From contig NC_043001.1 in NCBI RefSeq assembly GCF_006345805.1, forward strand, positions 44,082,001 through 44,146,000: a stretch of 64,000 nt of DNA. The letters run 5' to 3'. Below, piece after piece: positions 38,354-50,035 of the stretch. Positions within the stretch are counted from its first letter, which is position 1; every line of letters begins with the position of its first letter. The notes beneath the pieces were generated by a model, which was not told the origin of the DNA, did not search any database, and worked only from the letters and a program-made list of their open reading frames with translations. The stretch comes from Octopus sinensis (Eukaryota). Position numbers and translations under genes: made by a program.

Positions 38354-39260
38354 TGTGTTCGACGTTTTTGGGGTGTCCTGTACCTATATATGCATGTATA
38401 TATACATATAGATGTAGGTACGTACATATATGTATGTATATATGCATATGTTTTATTTATTACTTTGTTATTATATGATGAAACGCCACGCATCCTCTTC
38501 CAAGTAAGTTTTATCTTAATAATTATGATGCGCACTCTTAACCTTACTGTCTCTATTTTTCTAACCTTACTGTCCCCCTCTCGCTCATTCTTCATTCTTT
38601 CTGGTTTTCTCTACTATTCTCTCGCTTTCACCGTTCCCTTTCTCTTACTCCTCCTCCTCCCTCTCTCTCGTCGCTGACATGTGACCAGAGTCCTTCTGTC
38701 TTTCTGACCACAGCCTTCAACAAGTATAGACGGCATCCTATCCCTTTCTTATGCCGTTGTTCTCATGCGTTCAAAACATTTTTCTTTCGTTCGGCTTAAC
38801 AGCCCCTAACGTTCGTATTACTGTTATTCTACTTGTCCTGTCGTTTACTGTTTTTATTTTTATTTGTATTTTTACTGTCTTATATTGTTTCTACTGTCCT
38901 GTTTTTGTTACCACTTTTACCCCTCCGCAAAAAATCTCAAATTTTATTTAATTTGATTTGCGGGAAGGACCGCTTCACTGAAGTCGTGTCTCGCCTTTAC
39001 CTTCGAAACACGGAGTAGATGAAACGGTGCGGCTGAAGAAGGGGAATTTTCCTTGTGTTGTATGTCTTGTACCCTGTTTTTACGTTGTTTAAAAAAATGT
39101 CCGTTTCCATGGTTCTGTTTTTATGTTTTCGTTTCTCATTGTGTTCGACGTTTTTTTTTTTGTGTCCTGTACCTATATATGCATGTATATATACATATAG
39201 ATGTAGGTACGTACATATATGTATGTATATATGCATATGTTTTATTTATTATTTTGTTAT

Positions 39261-39301
<41 letters not shown>

Positions 39302-39975
39302 TATATATATATCAACACACACACATACACATACAATGAAAGGCTACCCAGTCATAGAGACTATGCCAACATTGAGGTGCTGGAGCATAATATGACCCTC
39401 TAAAATGCTGAATCTTGATGAACTATCCAACTCATGCCCACGTGGAAGGCAGACATAAAATGATGACGATGATAACAATGACGATGATGGTGACAATGAA
39501 GATGATGAGGAGGAGGATAGTGATGACGATATATAATCCCACTGTCCCATCCCTGTAAATCAGCATCCTCGTGTCTAAGAAAAAAATTATTTCGATTCCA
39601 TTTCGGTGCTGGGTTGTAGCCTATTTTACTTTCTACTCCATTCCTTCCTTAATGTCTGCAAAAACTCATGATAACATACAAGAGTTCATGTCAACTCTGT
39701 ATATATCTATGCATGAATTATTAATAATATTTGAACACGTGACAGAACTGTTATCAGTTAAGTTTATGTGATACTAGATATTCAGCCAAAAAATTACTAG
39801 TTTATGTCACTATTGTTACAATGTAATGACAACTAAAACACTTACCTTTTAAGAGTCTCACCTACTTAGCTGTAAGTGGTTACTACACTTGTTGATAGTT
39901 TACTGCTTTAAGTACGGTGCTTGCTAACCTAATGTAGATATTTATTTGTAACGGGTTTTATTTTGATTTTGGTAT

Positions 39976-40722
39976 GGTTACCAATTGTAACGGGTGAAAT
40001 TTGATTGGTAAACATTATTATGATGATGTTATGGTCAGCAGTTGTGACGATAGAAATGTGTTATTATAATTGCAGGTTGTAGAATGTGAAAGATGAACAA
40101 TGCATGAAGTTTTAAGGAAGAGTTTATTTACCGTTACGTTACAATACCTTGCTTCGACAGGCAGGTTACGAAGTAAAGTTTGAGTTCTCTTCATTGTTTA
40201 GGAGTAATTGCTGAGACAGATAGAATGATGTTGTGAGAGAACAGAATTGGGGCTAGTGAGAGTGTGTGGGACATTGTCTTTCTTTTCCCTCTGGCCGTTT
40301 TGTCTGCCTGCTTCCATGATTCTAGTGGTCAGTTCACCAACTGGTGTTAGCTCTCTCAAATCACGAGTTTGTCACGACTGTGACGAACTTGGTTGAGTCG
40401 TCGTCACTGGCTGGTGACTAAAACTGATTTTTGCTTGGGATGTGCTGGTTTATATAACTATCCAGAAGGATACATATATCATTGAGAACAATAGATTTAG
40501 TTGGTGGTCTTGTTATCTATTCTACCTGTTGGTGAAGTAGAAGAGGTTAGAAAGGGTCAAGTGGTGAAGACATTAGTTCGGCCTAGCTAAAGGCATCTGG
40601 AAGATGTAAAACTGCCGCCAGGGAAAAACCATGTTCCATCGTGGGAAAAGTTCTGTAGCTGTGTTAATTTAAATTTGGCTGTGGTGGATCGAATCCACTT
40701 CATGCATGCAAGATTCACTACA
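39976..40722 (-). mobile_element. LTR (family 1) plus degenerate primer-binding site
   Basis: Minus strand TGTAGTGAATC at 40722 to CCGTTACA at 39986, then ATTGGTAACC. Confidence 0.78.
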
Positions 40723-40842
40723 TATTCATATCATGTTAGATAAATAATTTTAGCTTTTTTGCAAGATCAATTCATATTTTCTACAAACAACACTCTATAT
40801 CGTCAAACTGATTTTAACCAGAAACGAAAACACATCCATATA

Positions 40843-41062
40843 TATGAAGGGGTGCAAAAAAGTACCTGGCCTTAAGGGTATACACGAAAGCCATGACTGG
40901 AGACCCAACCTTCCGAGTTCTTTTACAGGGCTTAGAAAAAATGAAAGACTGCTGCAATAAGTGTTTGAATCTGAGATGGGAATATGTTAAATGAAATCAT
41001 AATTAACTGAACCTCCTGTATTTTCTTTTACCCAAAACCAAGAACTTTTCAGCGCCCCCGTA
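40843..41062 (+). mobile_element. mariner-derived MITE
   Basis: Homologous to 27653 and 59796; TA flanks. Confidence 0.8.
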
Positions 41063-41178
41063 CATGTGTGTGTGTGTATGCATGGACAATACACATGTGT
41101 ATATATACATTATACACGTATATATATAATGATATTATATAATAAATAATATACATATACCTACATATATATGTAATA

Positions 41179-41264
<86 letters not shown>

Positions 41265-41291
41265 TATACACATATATATATATATATATAG

Positions 41292-41338
<47 letters not shown>

Positions 41339-41339
41339 C

Positions 41340-42066
41340 ACATTATATAAAAGGGCTTAGTAAAATAAATTACTTTGCCACATACTGAACTCATTAGAAA
41401 TAGCAGCCAAAAAAGTTTTTTTAGCTATTTCTAATACTTAAAGAAAATTACTCTCAGATAGTATTTACTCAGAATAACCCACGAAGGTGGGGGTAAAAAA
41501 CATTAAAAAATCACAAGTGCAAAGATTATTTGAGAACGTTACGTTTCTAGATCAGCCAAATAAAATTCGACATTTCTTTCGTCAGCCCAAAATTTCTTAT
41601 TTGGATTTGGAAACACTGAAAGTAGGAACATACCCTTTGGCGACTTACCACCTCAGACGACCCGTTCAAAACTGACAGTGCCAACAAATTCAATTCTTCG
41701 CTTGCATATTTTGAATTTGTTGGCACTGTCAGTTTTGAACGGGTCGTCTGAGGTGTTAAGTCGCCAAAAGGGTATGTTCCTACTTTCAGTGTTTCCAAAT
41801 CCAAATAAGAAATTTTGGGCTGACGAAAGAAATGTCGAATTTTATTTGGCTGATCTAGAAACGTAACGTTCTCAAATAATCTTTGCACTTGTGATTTTTT
41901 AATGTTTTTTACCCCATACTTCGTGGGGTTATTCTGAGTAAACACTATCTGAGAGTAATTTTCTTTAAGTATTAGAAATAGCTAAAAAAACTTTTTTGGC
42001 TGCTATTTCTAATGAGTTCAGTATGTGGCAAAGTAATTTATTTTACTAAGCCCTTTTATATAATGT
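41340..42066. repeat. Long near-perfect palindrome, ~355-bp arms, 17-nt spacer
   Basis: Arms 41340-41693 and 41711-42066; spacer TTCTTCGCTTGCATATT. Confidence 0.93.
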
Positions 42067-42252
42067 AATATTTTGAATTCCTTAAATGGTCCTTTTACAT
42101 ACTGAATACTTGGTGAAATTGATTAATAACTAATTAATTTTACCCTCATTGTTGAAATTATAATTCATTTCTCTCTGTTTATTGCCTCGGTTTTCACCGC
42201 TAAAATATGGTGTTTGCTAGTTTAGCCCACGTGGTGGAAGGGGAGAGCAGGA

Positions 42253-42610
42253 ATTCTTCGCTTGCATATTTTGAATTTGTTGGCACTGTCAGTTTTGAAC
42301 GGGTCGTCTGAGGTGTTAAGTCGCCAAAAGGGTATGTTCCTACTTTCAGTGTTTCCAAATCCAAATAAGAAATTTTGGGCTGACGAGAGAGATGTCGAAT
42401 TTTATTTGGCTGATCTAGAAACGTAACGTTCTCAAATAATCTTTGCACTTGTGATTTTTTAATGTTTTTTACCCCCATACCTTCGTGGGTTATTCTGAGT
42501 AAACACTATCTGAGAGTAATTTTCTCTAAGTATTAAATGGTCCTTTTACATACTGAATACTTGGTGAAATTGATTAATAACTAATTAATTTTACCCTCAA
42601 TTGTTGAAAT
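42253..42610 (+). repeat. Direct copy of the palindrome spacer, most of the right arm and the 42083-42160 segment
   Basis: ATTCTTCGCTTGCATATTTTGAATTTG... repeats 41693 onward; AATGGTCCTTTTACATAC... repeats 42085 onward. Confidence 0.9.
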
Positions 42611-42644
<34 letters not shown>

Positions 42645-42760
42645 ATATTTATAATAGGATTAGCTCGTATACGAGTAGGTATATATTTGTAAAAAATGAA
42701 GTTCGAAAATGCTGCTATATTACACAATTTTTAATTTTTATATATACATTATAACATGTT

Positions 42761-43420
42761 TCAGTTCCTGAAATGAACCTTATCAAAAAGGTTCCTGGGG
42801 TGGATGTTTGGTAGTAGCGTTTTGGTTTGGTTATGTGGATTGTATTTTATAGTATTGTATGTTGTGGCTCTTGGGTTCGTGGAATGGTGTGGTGGGACCC
42901 TGTAAGTGTTTTGGGGTTGGTGTAGGTAGTGTGGGGTGCGTTTTAAATGTATTTTACTGGTGTAGGGTGTGTTTGGATTTCTTGGTGGTTGTTCTGCTCT
43001 GTTGGTATGTCTATTTTCGAACTGGTGTGGTGAGGCTCTGTATGTGTTTTGGGGTTGGTGTAGGTAGTGTGGGGTGTGTTTTAGGTGTACTTTTCTGGTG
43101 TAGAGTGTGTTAGGATTTCTTGGTGGTTGTTCCGTTCTGTTGGTATTTGGTTTTGATTTACTTAATTTTATGAAGGGGTTGTTGGATATGTGTTCATTTT
43201 TGAAGTTGGTTTCATAATCTAAAAACCAGATGGCGCTCTTTTCCCATCGTTGGAGGGACTTAAGTTCCTCTTTATTACATTCTTTATTCCATAGTGCTGG
43301 TAATATTTCAGTATTGATGTCGTCTATTAGTTTGATGACTTCTTCGTTGATTTCCTCGTCTATGGTTTTTACTTTTTCTTCATTTGTCTTAGCTCTCAGC
43401 TTGAGTAGTTCTATTTCCAT
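42761..43420 (-). CDS. Truncated ORF, possibly a non-LTR retroelement N-terminal region, with an in-frame 46-aa duplication
   Basis: Non-microsatellite open frame MEIELLKLRAK...LWNKECNKEELKSLQRWEKS; 138-bp repeat (42885 / 43023); 5' end lost in (TA)n. Confidence 0.35.
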   Translation of the reverse strand: MEIELLKLRAKTNEEKVKTIDEEINEEVIKLIDDINTEILPALWNKECNKEELKSLQRWEKSAIWFLDYETNFKNEHISNNPFIKLSKSKPNTNRTEQPPRNPNTLYTRKVHLKHTPHYLHQPQNTYRASPHQFENRHTNRAEQPPRNPNTPYTSKIHLKRTPHYLHQPQNTYRVPPHHSTNPRATTYNTIKYNPHNQTKTLLPNIHPRNLFDKVHFRN

Positions 43421-43435
43421 ATATATATATATGTA

Positions 43436-45643
43436 TATATGAATACTTACAAAAATATAAAAAGAAAACATTTTCAGTCAAAACATGCTTGGGTTCAGTC
43501 CGATGAAATATGTTACAATTTTATCAAAACCCTCCTTTTAGAAAAATCACAATCGTCTAATATAATTACAATTGATAAGGTATAATTTTAAAATGAACTG
43601 TTATCATAATATTGTACTTTTAAAAAATAAAATTTGTTAATAACAATATATATCTTATCAGCCTGAATTACATAGTAAAATAAAGTATTTTTTATCAAAT
43701 ATGATAACATGACCTGCATTTTACAAAATGTTATCAAAAGCGATCTTTCAATACAAGTAGTGTGGATTGTTTTTAAAATCAGCTCCAAATAAAAAAGAAA
43801 ATGGTAATAGCAATCATTAGATCAATTTTATTTAATTTACTATATCTTATCTTTTTCTTTATACTTGTTCTAGTCATTGGACTATGGCCATCCTGGGGCA
43901 CCACTTTGACGGGTTTAGTCAAACAAATCAACTTCAGTACTTATTTTTTAAAGTCATGTACTTAACCCATCGGTCTCTTTTGCTGAACTGCTAAGTTACA
44001 GTGATTCAAACAACCCAGCACTAGTTGTTTGCAATGGTGGGAACAAGCACAAATCCAAAGGCATACTTACATCCATATATGTACAATGGGCTTCCACACA
44101 TACATATATATATGAATAACACACATGAATATATGGGCACAGGACACCACAAAACATAAACAACATGAAATACGAACCTTTTTTTTGCGAACAACGAAAT
44201 AAACAAATGGAAAACAAGACAAGCAACATAAAAAACTACCCTTCATCAGTTGCCGGCTGTTTTTCTACTTCGTATTTCGAGCAATTAACGACAAGTTACG
44301 TTTTCAACAAAATAGACCGATAGAATAAGTACTAGGCTTACCAAGAATAATCCTGGGGTCGATTTGCTCAACTAAAGGTGGTGCTCCAGCATGGCTACAG
44401 TCAAATGACTGAAACAAGTAAAAGAGTATGTATGTAAGTATGTATGTACAATAAAGATTTACAGACAGGTCTGAAGATTTTCTAATATAAAATTTCTTAC
44501 ATGTCTATCTAACACATAGATCATTGTCGTTCCTATTAGCAAATGAAATATATGTTATGGAGAATAAATAATACCCCAAAATTCCATTTTTCTGGTTGTG
44601 AAAATCAGAAGAATGCTTCTTAGCATTTTTGTCCCATATGCTAACAAATTCTGCCAGCTCACCATCTTGTTGGCAACTGGAATAATGAAAATGGTATTAT
44701 AAATGTGAGGAAAAGAAAGCCATGGTGAAAAATTCTTTGATTTATACAGTTTGGGGGAAAGTACAATTAGATGAAGCTTGTGTAGTTCATTTTGAATTCC
44801 TGTGGATTCTAGCGAAAAGTAGTTATGGGAAGGAAAACGTGAGCGAGATGTTTACTAAGCTGCTATTGCAAAATGACTTTGGAAGTATAAATGAAAATAG
44901 AAGATGGCAAAGAGCAAGTGTCTTCTATGATAGCTGTGGCCTGATCAATGCCTTGTGATGGATTGGTAGACAGAAACTGTGTGGAAGCCCATTGTACATA
45001 TATGGATGTAAGTATGCCTTTGGATTTGTGCTTGTTCCCACCATTGCAAACAACTAGTGCTGGGTTGTTTGAATCACTGTAACTTAGCAGTTCAGCAAAA
45101 GAGACTGAGGGGTTAAGTACATGACTTTAAAAAGTTAGTACTGAAGTTGATTTGTTTGACTAAACCCGTCAAAGTGTTGCCCCAGGATGGCCATAGTCCA
45201 ATGACTAGAACAAGTATAAAGAAAAAGATAAGATATAGTAAATTAAATAAAATTGATCTAATGATTGCTATTACCATTTTCTTTTTTATTTGGAGCTGAT
45301 TTTTAAAAACAATCCACACTACTTGTATTGGAAAGATACTTTTGATAAACATTTTTTAAAATGCAGGTCATGTTATCATATTTGATAAAAAATACTTTAT
45401 TTTACTAGTATTCAGGCTGAATAAGATATATATTGTTATTAACAAATTTTATTTTTTTAAAAGTACAATAATATATGATAACAGTCATTTTAAAATTATA
45501 CCTTATCAATTGTAATCATATAGACAATTGTGATTTTTCTAAAAGGAGGGTTTGATAAAATTGTAACATATTTCATCAGACTGAACCCAAGCATGTTTTG
45601 ACTGAAAATGTTTTCTTTTTATATTTTTGTAAGCATTTATATA
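43436..45643. repeat. Inverted duplication, ~665-bp arms (43436-44100 and 44978-45643)
   Basis: Arms align end to end with few substitutions and 1-nt indels; 877-bp spacer. Confidence 0.93.
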
Positions 45644-45646
45644 ACA

Positions 45647-45996
45647 GGTGTGGCTGTGTGGTAAGAAGCTTGCTTCCAAACCATATTACTCTGGGTTCAG
45701 TCCCACTGTGTGGAACCTTGGCCAAGTGTCTTTTACTATAGATTTGGGCTGACCAAAGCCTTGTGGGTGAATTTGGTAGACGGAAACTGAAAGAAGCCCA
45801 TCACATATATATATATGTATTTATGTGTGTGTGTGTGTGTGTGTGTCTATGTCCCATCACCCACCATCACTTGACAACCAATGTCAATAGATAGAATAAG
45901 TATTAGGCTTACAAAGAATAAGTCCTGGGGTCGATTTGTTTGACTAAAAATCCTTTATGGTGGTGCTCCAGCATGACCACAGTCAAATGACTGAAT
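45647..45996 (+). mobile_element. SINE, family C
   Basis: GTGGCTGTGTGGTAAG head and GGTGCTCCAGCATG.C.ACAGTCAAATGACTGAA tail. Confidence 0.88.
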
Positions 45997-46560
45997 AAAT
46001 GAGGGAAAAATAGAAGAACTAGTTTATCATACTTCTGAAACCATACTCAAGGTTCTTTTGTGTATTGAGCAAAGCCTTGTGAGTAAATCTGGTAGACAAA
46101 AATGAAAGAAGCCATATATGTGTGCATGTGTGTGTGTGTGTACATGTGTGTGTGTGTGGTGTGTGTGTATGAGAGACTTTCCTGTCAAAGATGACATATG
46201 AGCATTCGGCTTTTGCCTAAAGACTTGCACAAATGATTTGTTTATAGTAATCAAATATTTGTGCTGCACATTAGCTCACTATATCCATCAAATCAAGATT
46301 GTCTGAAGAGGTACACAGTGTACCACATGTCAAGTGTTGAAGTGATCGTAGGGCAATGTGAGATGAAGTGTTTTGCTCAAGAATACAATGCAACACCTGG
46401 TCAACGAAATCACGATCACTAGATCATATGTGCTACACCCTAACCACTAAGCCATGCAACCTCACATGCAATATCCTAACCACTTGGCCATGCATATGTG
46501 TGTGTATGTATATATATATATATATATTTTTCTACTTATCATAATATATATGTGTGTGTA

Positions 46561-46609
<49 letters not shown>

Positions 46610-46611
<2 letters not shown>

Positions 46612-46980
46612 CATCATCATCATCATTTAACGTCTGCTTTCCATGCTAGCATGGGTTGGACAATTTAACTGAGGACTGGCAAATAAGATGGCTGCGCCAG
46701 GCTCCAATCTGATCTGGCAGAGTTTCTACAGCTGGATGCCCTTCCTAATGCCAACTACTCTGAGAGTGTAGTGGGTGCTTTTACGTGCCACCGGCACGAG
46801 AGACACTCTGGGACTACTGGCAATAGTCACACCTGAAATGGTGTCTTTTATGTGCCACCTGCACAGGAGTCAGTCCAGCAGCACTGGCAACGACCTCGCT
46901 CGAATGTTTTTTCACGTGCCAGTAAGGCGACGCTGGTAATGATCATGCTCAAATGGTGCTTTTTACGTGTCACTGGCACA
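46610..46980 (-). mobile_element. RTE-type 3' UTR / RTE-tailed element with (GAT)n tail
   Basis: TTTCTACAGCTGGATGCCCTTCCTAATGCCAAC block; homologous to 63330-63639 and 60175-60310. Confidence 0.7.
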
Positions 46981-47030
46981 TATATATTTATATATATATC
47001 AAAATAAGCAACAAGGATATCCAAAGGTAA

Positions 47031-47120
47031 TGCAGTGCGATCCTTTCATGCGACTCCATTTAATTGTACAATGCAATCATTTCATTACATCAATTTAAGA
47101 TATAGAGCAATCTTCAGCTG
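47031..47120 (-). ncRNA. Decayed hammerhead-ribozyme motif (copy 0)
   Basis: CTGAAGA core retained, but GAAAG-GATC-GCA replaces GAAAC-GATC-GTA and helix I is only 3 bp. Confidence 0.45.
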
Positions 47121-47880
47121 TTGGTTAAACTCAATTTCATTGTAATGTAATGCTCCAGTAATTTTCCAGAGATTTTTAGTGGCAAATGTGACATATATTC
47201 ATTTTCCTCATTATCCTATGCTGGTATGATTTGGAAATGTAATGGAATTGTAAGTGAGATCTTAGTCACAATTGTCACCCATCAGAAGACAATATCTCTT
47301 TCATGTGTAATTTATTAGCAAAAGCTGTGTGTCGGATGAGCAATTATTCATTGAAAGTTTCTTTGATGTATAGAATTAGAAAATGGAATTTTTACATAAT
47401 GATTGTTTAACAATTAGTGAATTTCTACATGATCATTCAAACTGCAAGAAATAGCAGTCAAATCTCACTAAAACCATTGCTTTAAAAGATGACAGAATAG
47501 ATAAATGTTGCTTTAAAAAAAAATGAATGTTTCTTTGTTATACTTGTTATATTAGAGAAGGGAATTTTTACATAGAGATAGTTTTTAACGAGAGTGAATT
47601 TCTACATGATCATTCAAACTGCAAGAAAAAGCAGTCAAATCTCAAAAAAAAAAACGACACAATAGATAAATGTTGTCTTAGACAGACTCTGCCTGAAACC
47701 TACACCACACACACACATGCATACAAATTAATGTAAGGAGGGGGGAAGGGGAGGAGGGGAATGGGGAGGGTGAAAGAAAGAGGAAGAGGAGGTAGAGGAG
47801 GAGAAGAAGAAGAAGAAGAAGAAGAAGAAGAAGAAGAAGCTGTGTAATAGATTCTTAAAGTTTCAAATTTTAGTATGACA

Positions 47881-47905
47881 CTAGCAGGAGTACCCGGCGT
47901 TGCTT
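47881..47905 (-). mobile_element. Helitron 3' terminus (also at 51052 and 54328)
   Basis: Minus strand GCAACGCCGGGTACTCCTGCTAG followed by T; the 51052 and 54328 copies keep the full hairpin TACCTGAGCAACGCCAGGTA. Confidence 0.8.
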
Positions 47906-48403
47906 AATAGGCTCTCCCATTTTTTTTTTTGTTGTTGTACATCTCTTTGAATATTTTTTGTGTTAAGTTGCAAACATTGACATTGAGGAAGAAGTGATTT
48001 TTCCCATAGACCATAAATAAAGTAGTAACAATAGGGTGAAAAGCCATGGACAAGGGCCATGTTATCATTCTCACAATAGCCCTGAAAAGGATTGTTAACC
48101 ATTCACAGGTATAAAAGTCCTTTTTCGTTCATATGTAAAGCAGTGGGTGCAGTGATGCCAAAACTCAAGCCATCTGCAAGGAGATTGAGAAACTATAGCA
48201 GACAAAATATAAAAAAAAAGATTTAAGAAAAACAGGTAATTTTGAAAGAATGGCAACAATAGTAATCACTCACCATAAACCTGTTCTGTAGGGAAGCTGT
48301 GGTATGTTGGATGGCCTACAGCACCTCAAATGGTGCTTTTTACATGCCACCAACACATATATATATATATATCAAAATAAGCTAGAAGGATATCCAGAGG
48401 TAA

Positions 48404-48495
48404 TGCAGTACGATCGTTTCATGCGACTCCATTTAATTGTACAATGCAATCATTTCATTATATCAATTTAAAATGTAGAGCAATCTTCAGCTGCA
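48404..48495 (-). ncRNA. Type I hammerhead-ribozyme motif, Penelope/retrozyme-like (copy 1)
   Basis: Minus strand TGCAG CTGAAGA [63-nt imperfect helix II] GAAAC GATC GTA CTGCA: 5-bp helix I, full CUGANGA/GAAA core, palindromic helix III ACGATCGT, GUA triplet; U-U at position 10.1/11.1. Confidence 0.7.
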
Positions 48496-48688
48496 CAAAG
48501 ACATAGAATTTAATTAAATTAGAAGGACACATTAGTATAATTTTACCCAAAAATCTCCAAGAGGATAAGAAGATAGACAAAGAACATGTTTTACCAACAA
48601 ATCATAGTTGTAACTGAGAATTATCCTGAATGCAGATTGTTTCGCTTGTTATGAGATAAACTTGAATATTCGCTGATTCCTGGAGCTA

Positions 48689-48829
48689 TTAGGTTGTCCC
48701 AAAAGTTCGTAAACACTTGCGAAAATTGAATTTTTACTCGCCAAGTACTAACAAAAACAACAAAAATTATTCCTCAAAATAAAGACCATTATTTTCCAAG
48801 ACTTTCTACGAACTTTTGGGACAACCTTA
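48689..48829. mobile_element. Tc1/mariner-type MITE (second copy 51885-52024)
   Basis: TIRs AGGTTGTCCCAAAAGTTCGTA / TACGAACTTTTGGGACAACCT; TA on both flanks. Confidence 0.88.
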
Positions 48830-48990
48830 TATTTGGATTGTCCAGAAACAATTTTTGGACTGGATGTCGCTGTTTGCAGCTCTTTCACTTCACATATTCT
48901 TAATGCTAAGATGGAGGTGAAGGTTATGCTGCTATTTCACTTATCTCTCATGCCTCACCCATCACTCTGCCTCCTTATCTTTTCGTTTGG

Positions 48991-49222
48991 CTTATTTCTT
49001 TACTGCCCACAAGGGGCTACACAGAGGGGACAAACAAGGACAGACAAACGGATTAAGTCGATTACATCAACCCCAGTGCATAACTGGTACTTAATTTATC
49101 GACCTCGAAAGGATGAAAGGCATGGTCGACCCGGCTGAATTTGAACTCAGAATGTAACGGCAGCCGAAATACTGCTAAGCATTTCACCCGGCATGCTAAT
49201 ATTTCTGCCTGCTCACCGCCTT
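48991..49222 (-). mobile_element. SINE, family B (second copy ~52181-52413)
   Basis: Match to the 36932 copy with CpG decay. Confidence 0.88.
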
Positions 49223-49755
49223 TTCTTTCATCTTACTTGTTTCAGTCATTATACAGTGGCCATGCTGGGGCACCACCTTGCTGAATTTTAGTTGAATGAA
49301 TTGTCCCCAGTATGTTTTATTTTAAGCCTTCTACTTATTCTATTGGTCACTCAGAAGGCTGGGTCTCCAACCAGGTCTTTCATGGTACTCTTAAAACCAG
49401 GAACTTTTCAGCACACCCTCATATATATGAGGGGCTTCTTTCAGTTTCCATCTACAAATCCACTCAAGGTTATTGTAGAAGACACTTGCTCAAGGTACCA
49501 TGCAGTGGGACTGAACACCAAACCGTGTGGTTGGGAAGTAAGCTTCTTACCACACAGCCACTCCTATGCCTGGAAACTCTCTCATGTTTTTTTTGCCTGG
49601 ATAAAATTATACCAATGGCAACCACTAAGTATTACTCAGTTGGTGAGTAGAAGGATGACAAACCATGTAAACTATGACTACAGGTTATACTAAAACTTGA
49701 AACTTAAGGCTGAGCAATCAACAACTTTCAAATTTTGTAAAAGACTCAGTTACAC

Positions 49756-50035
49756 GTCTCCTCCTCCTCCCCTCCCCTCCGTCCCCTCCTCCTCCGTCCC
49801 CTCCCCTCCGTCCCCTCCTCCTCCTTCTTTTCTTCTTCCTTCTTCTTCTTCTTCTTCTCTTCTCTCCTCTTCTTGTGTTTCTTGTTCTTGTTCTTCTTGT
49901 TCTTGTTCTTCTTGTTCTTCTTGTTCTTTTCTTCTTCTTCTTCTTCTTCTTCCTTCTCCTTCTTCTTCTTCTTCTCTCCTCCTCCTTCTTTCTTCTTCTT
50001 CTTCTTCTCTTCTCTTCTTCTTCTTCTTCTTCTAG
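49756..50035. repeat. (CCT)n/(TTC)n/(TTCTTG)n polypyrimidine tract
   Basis: Direct reading; source of the poly-R/E/K ORFs. Confidence 0.95.

Noticed and set aside
41487-42478. Repeated ORFs GVKNIKKSQVQRLFENVTFLDQPNK as a gene family
   Set aside because: They arise from the palindrome and its duplicate; no domain recognised.
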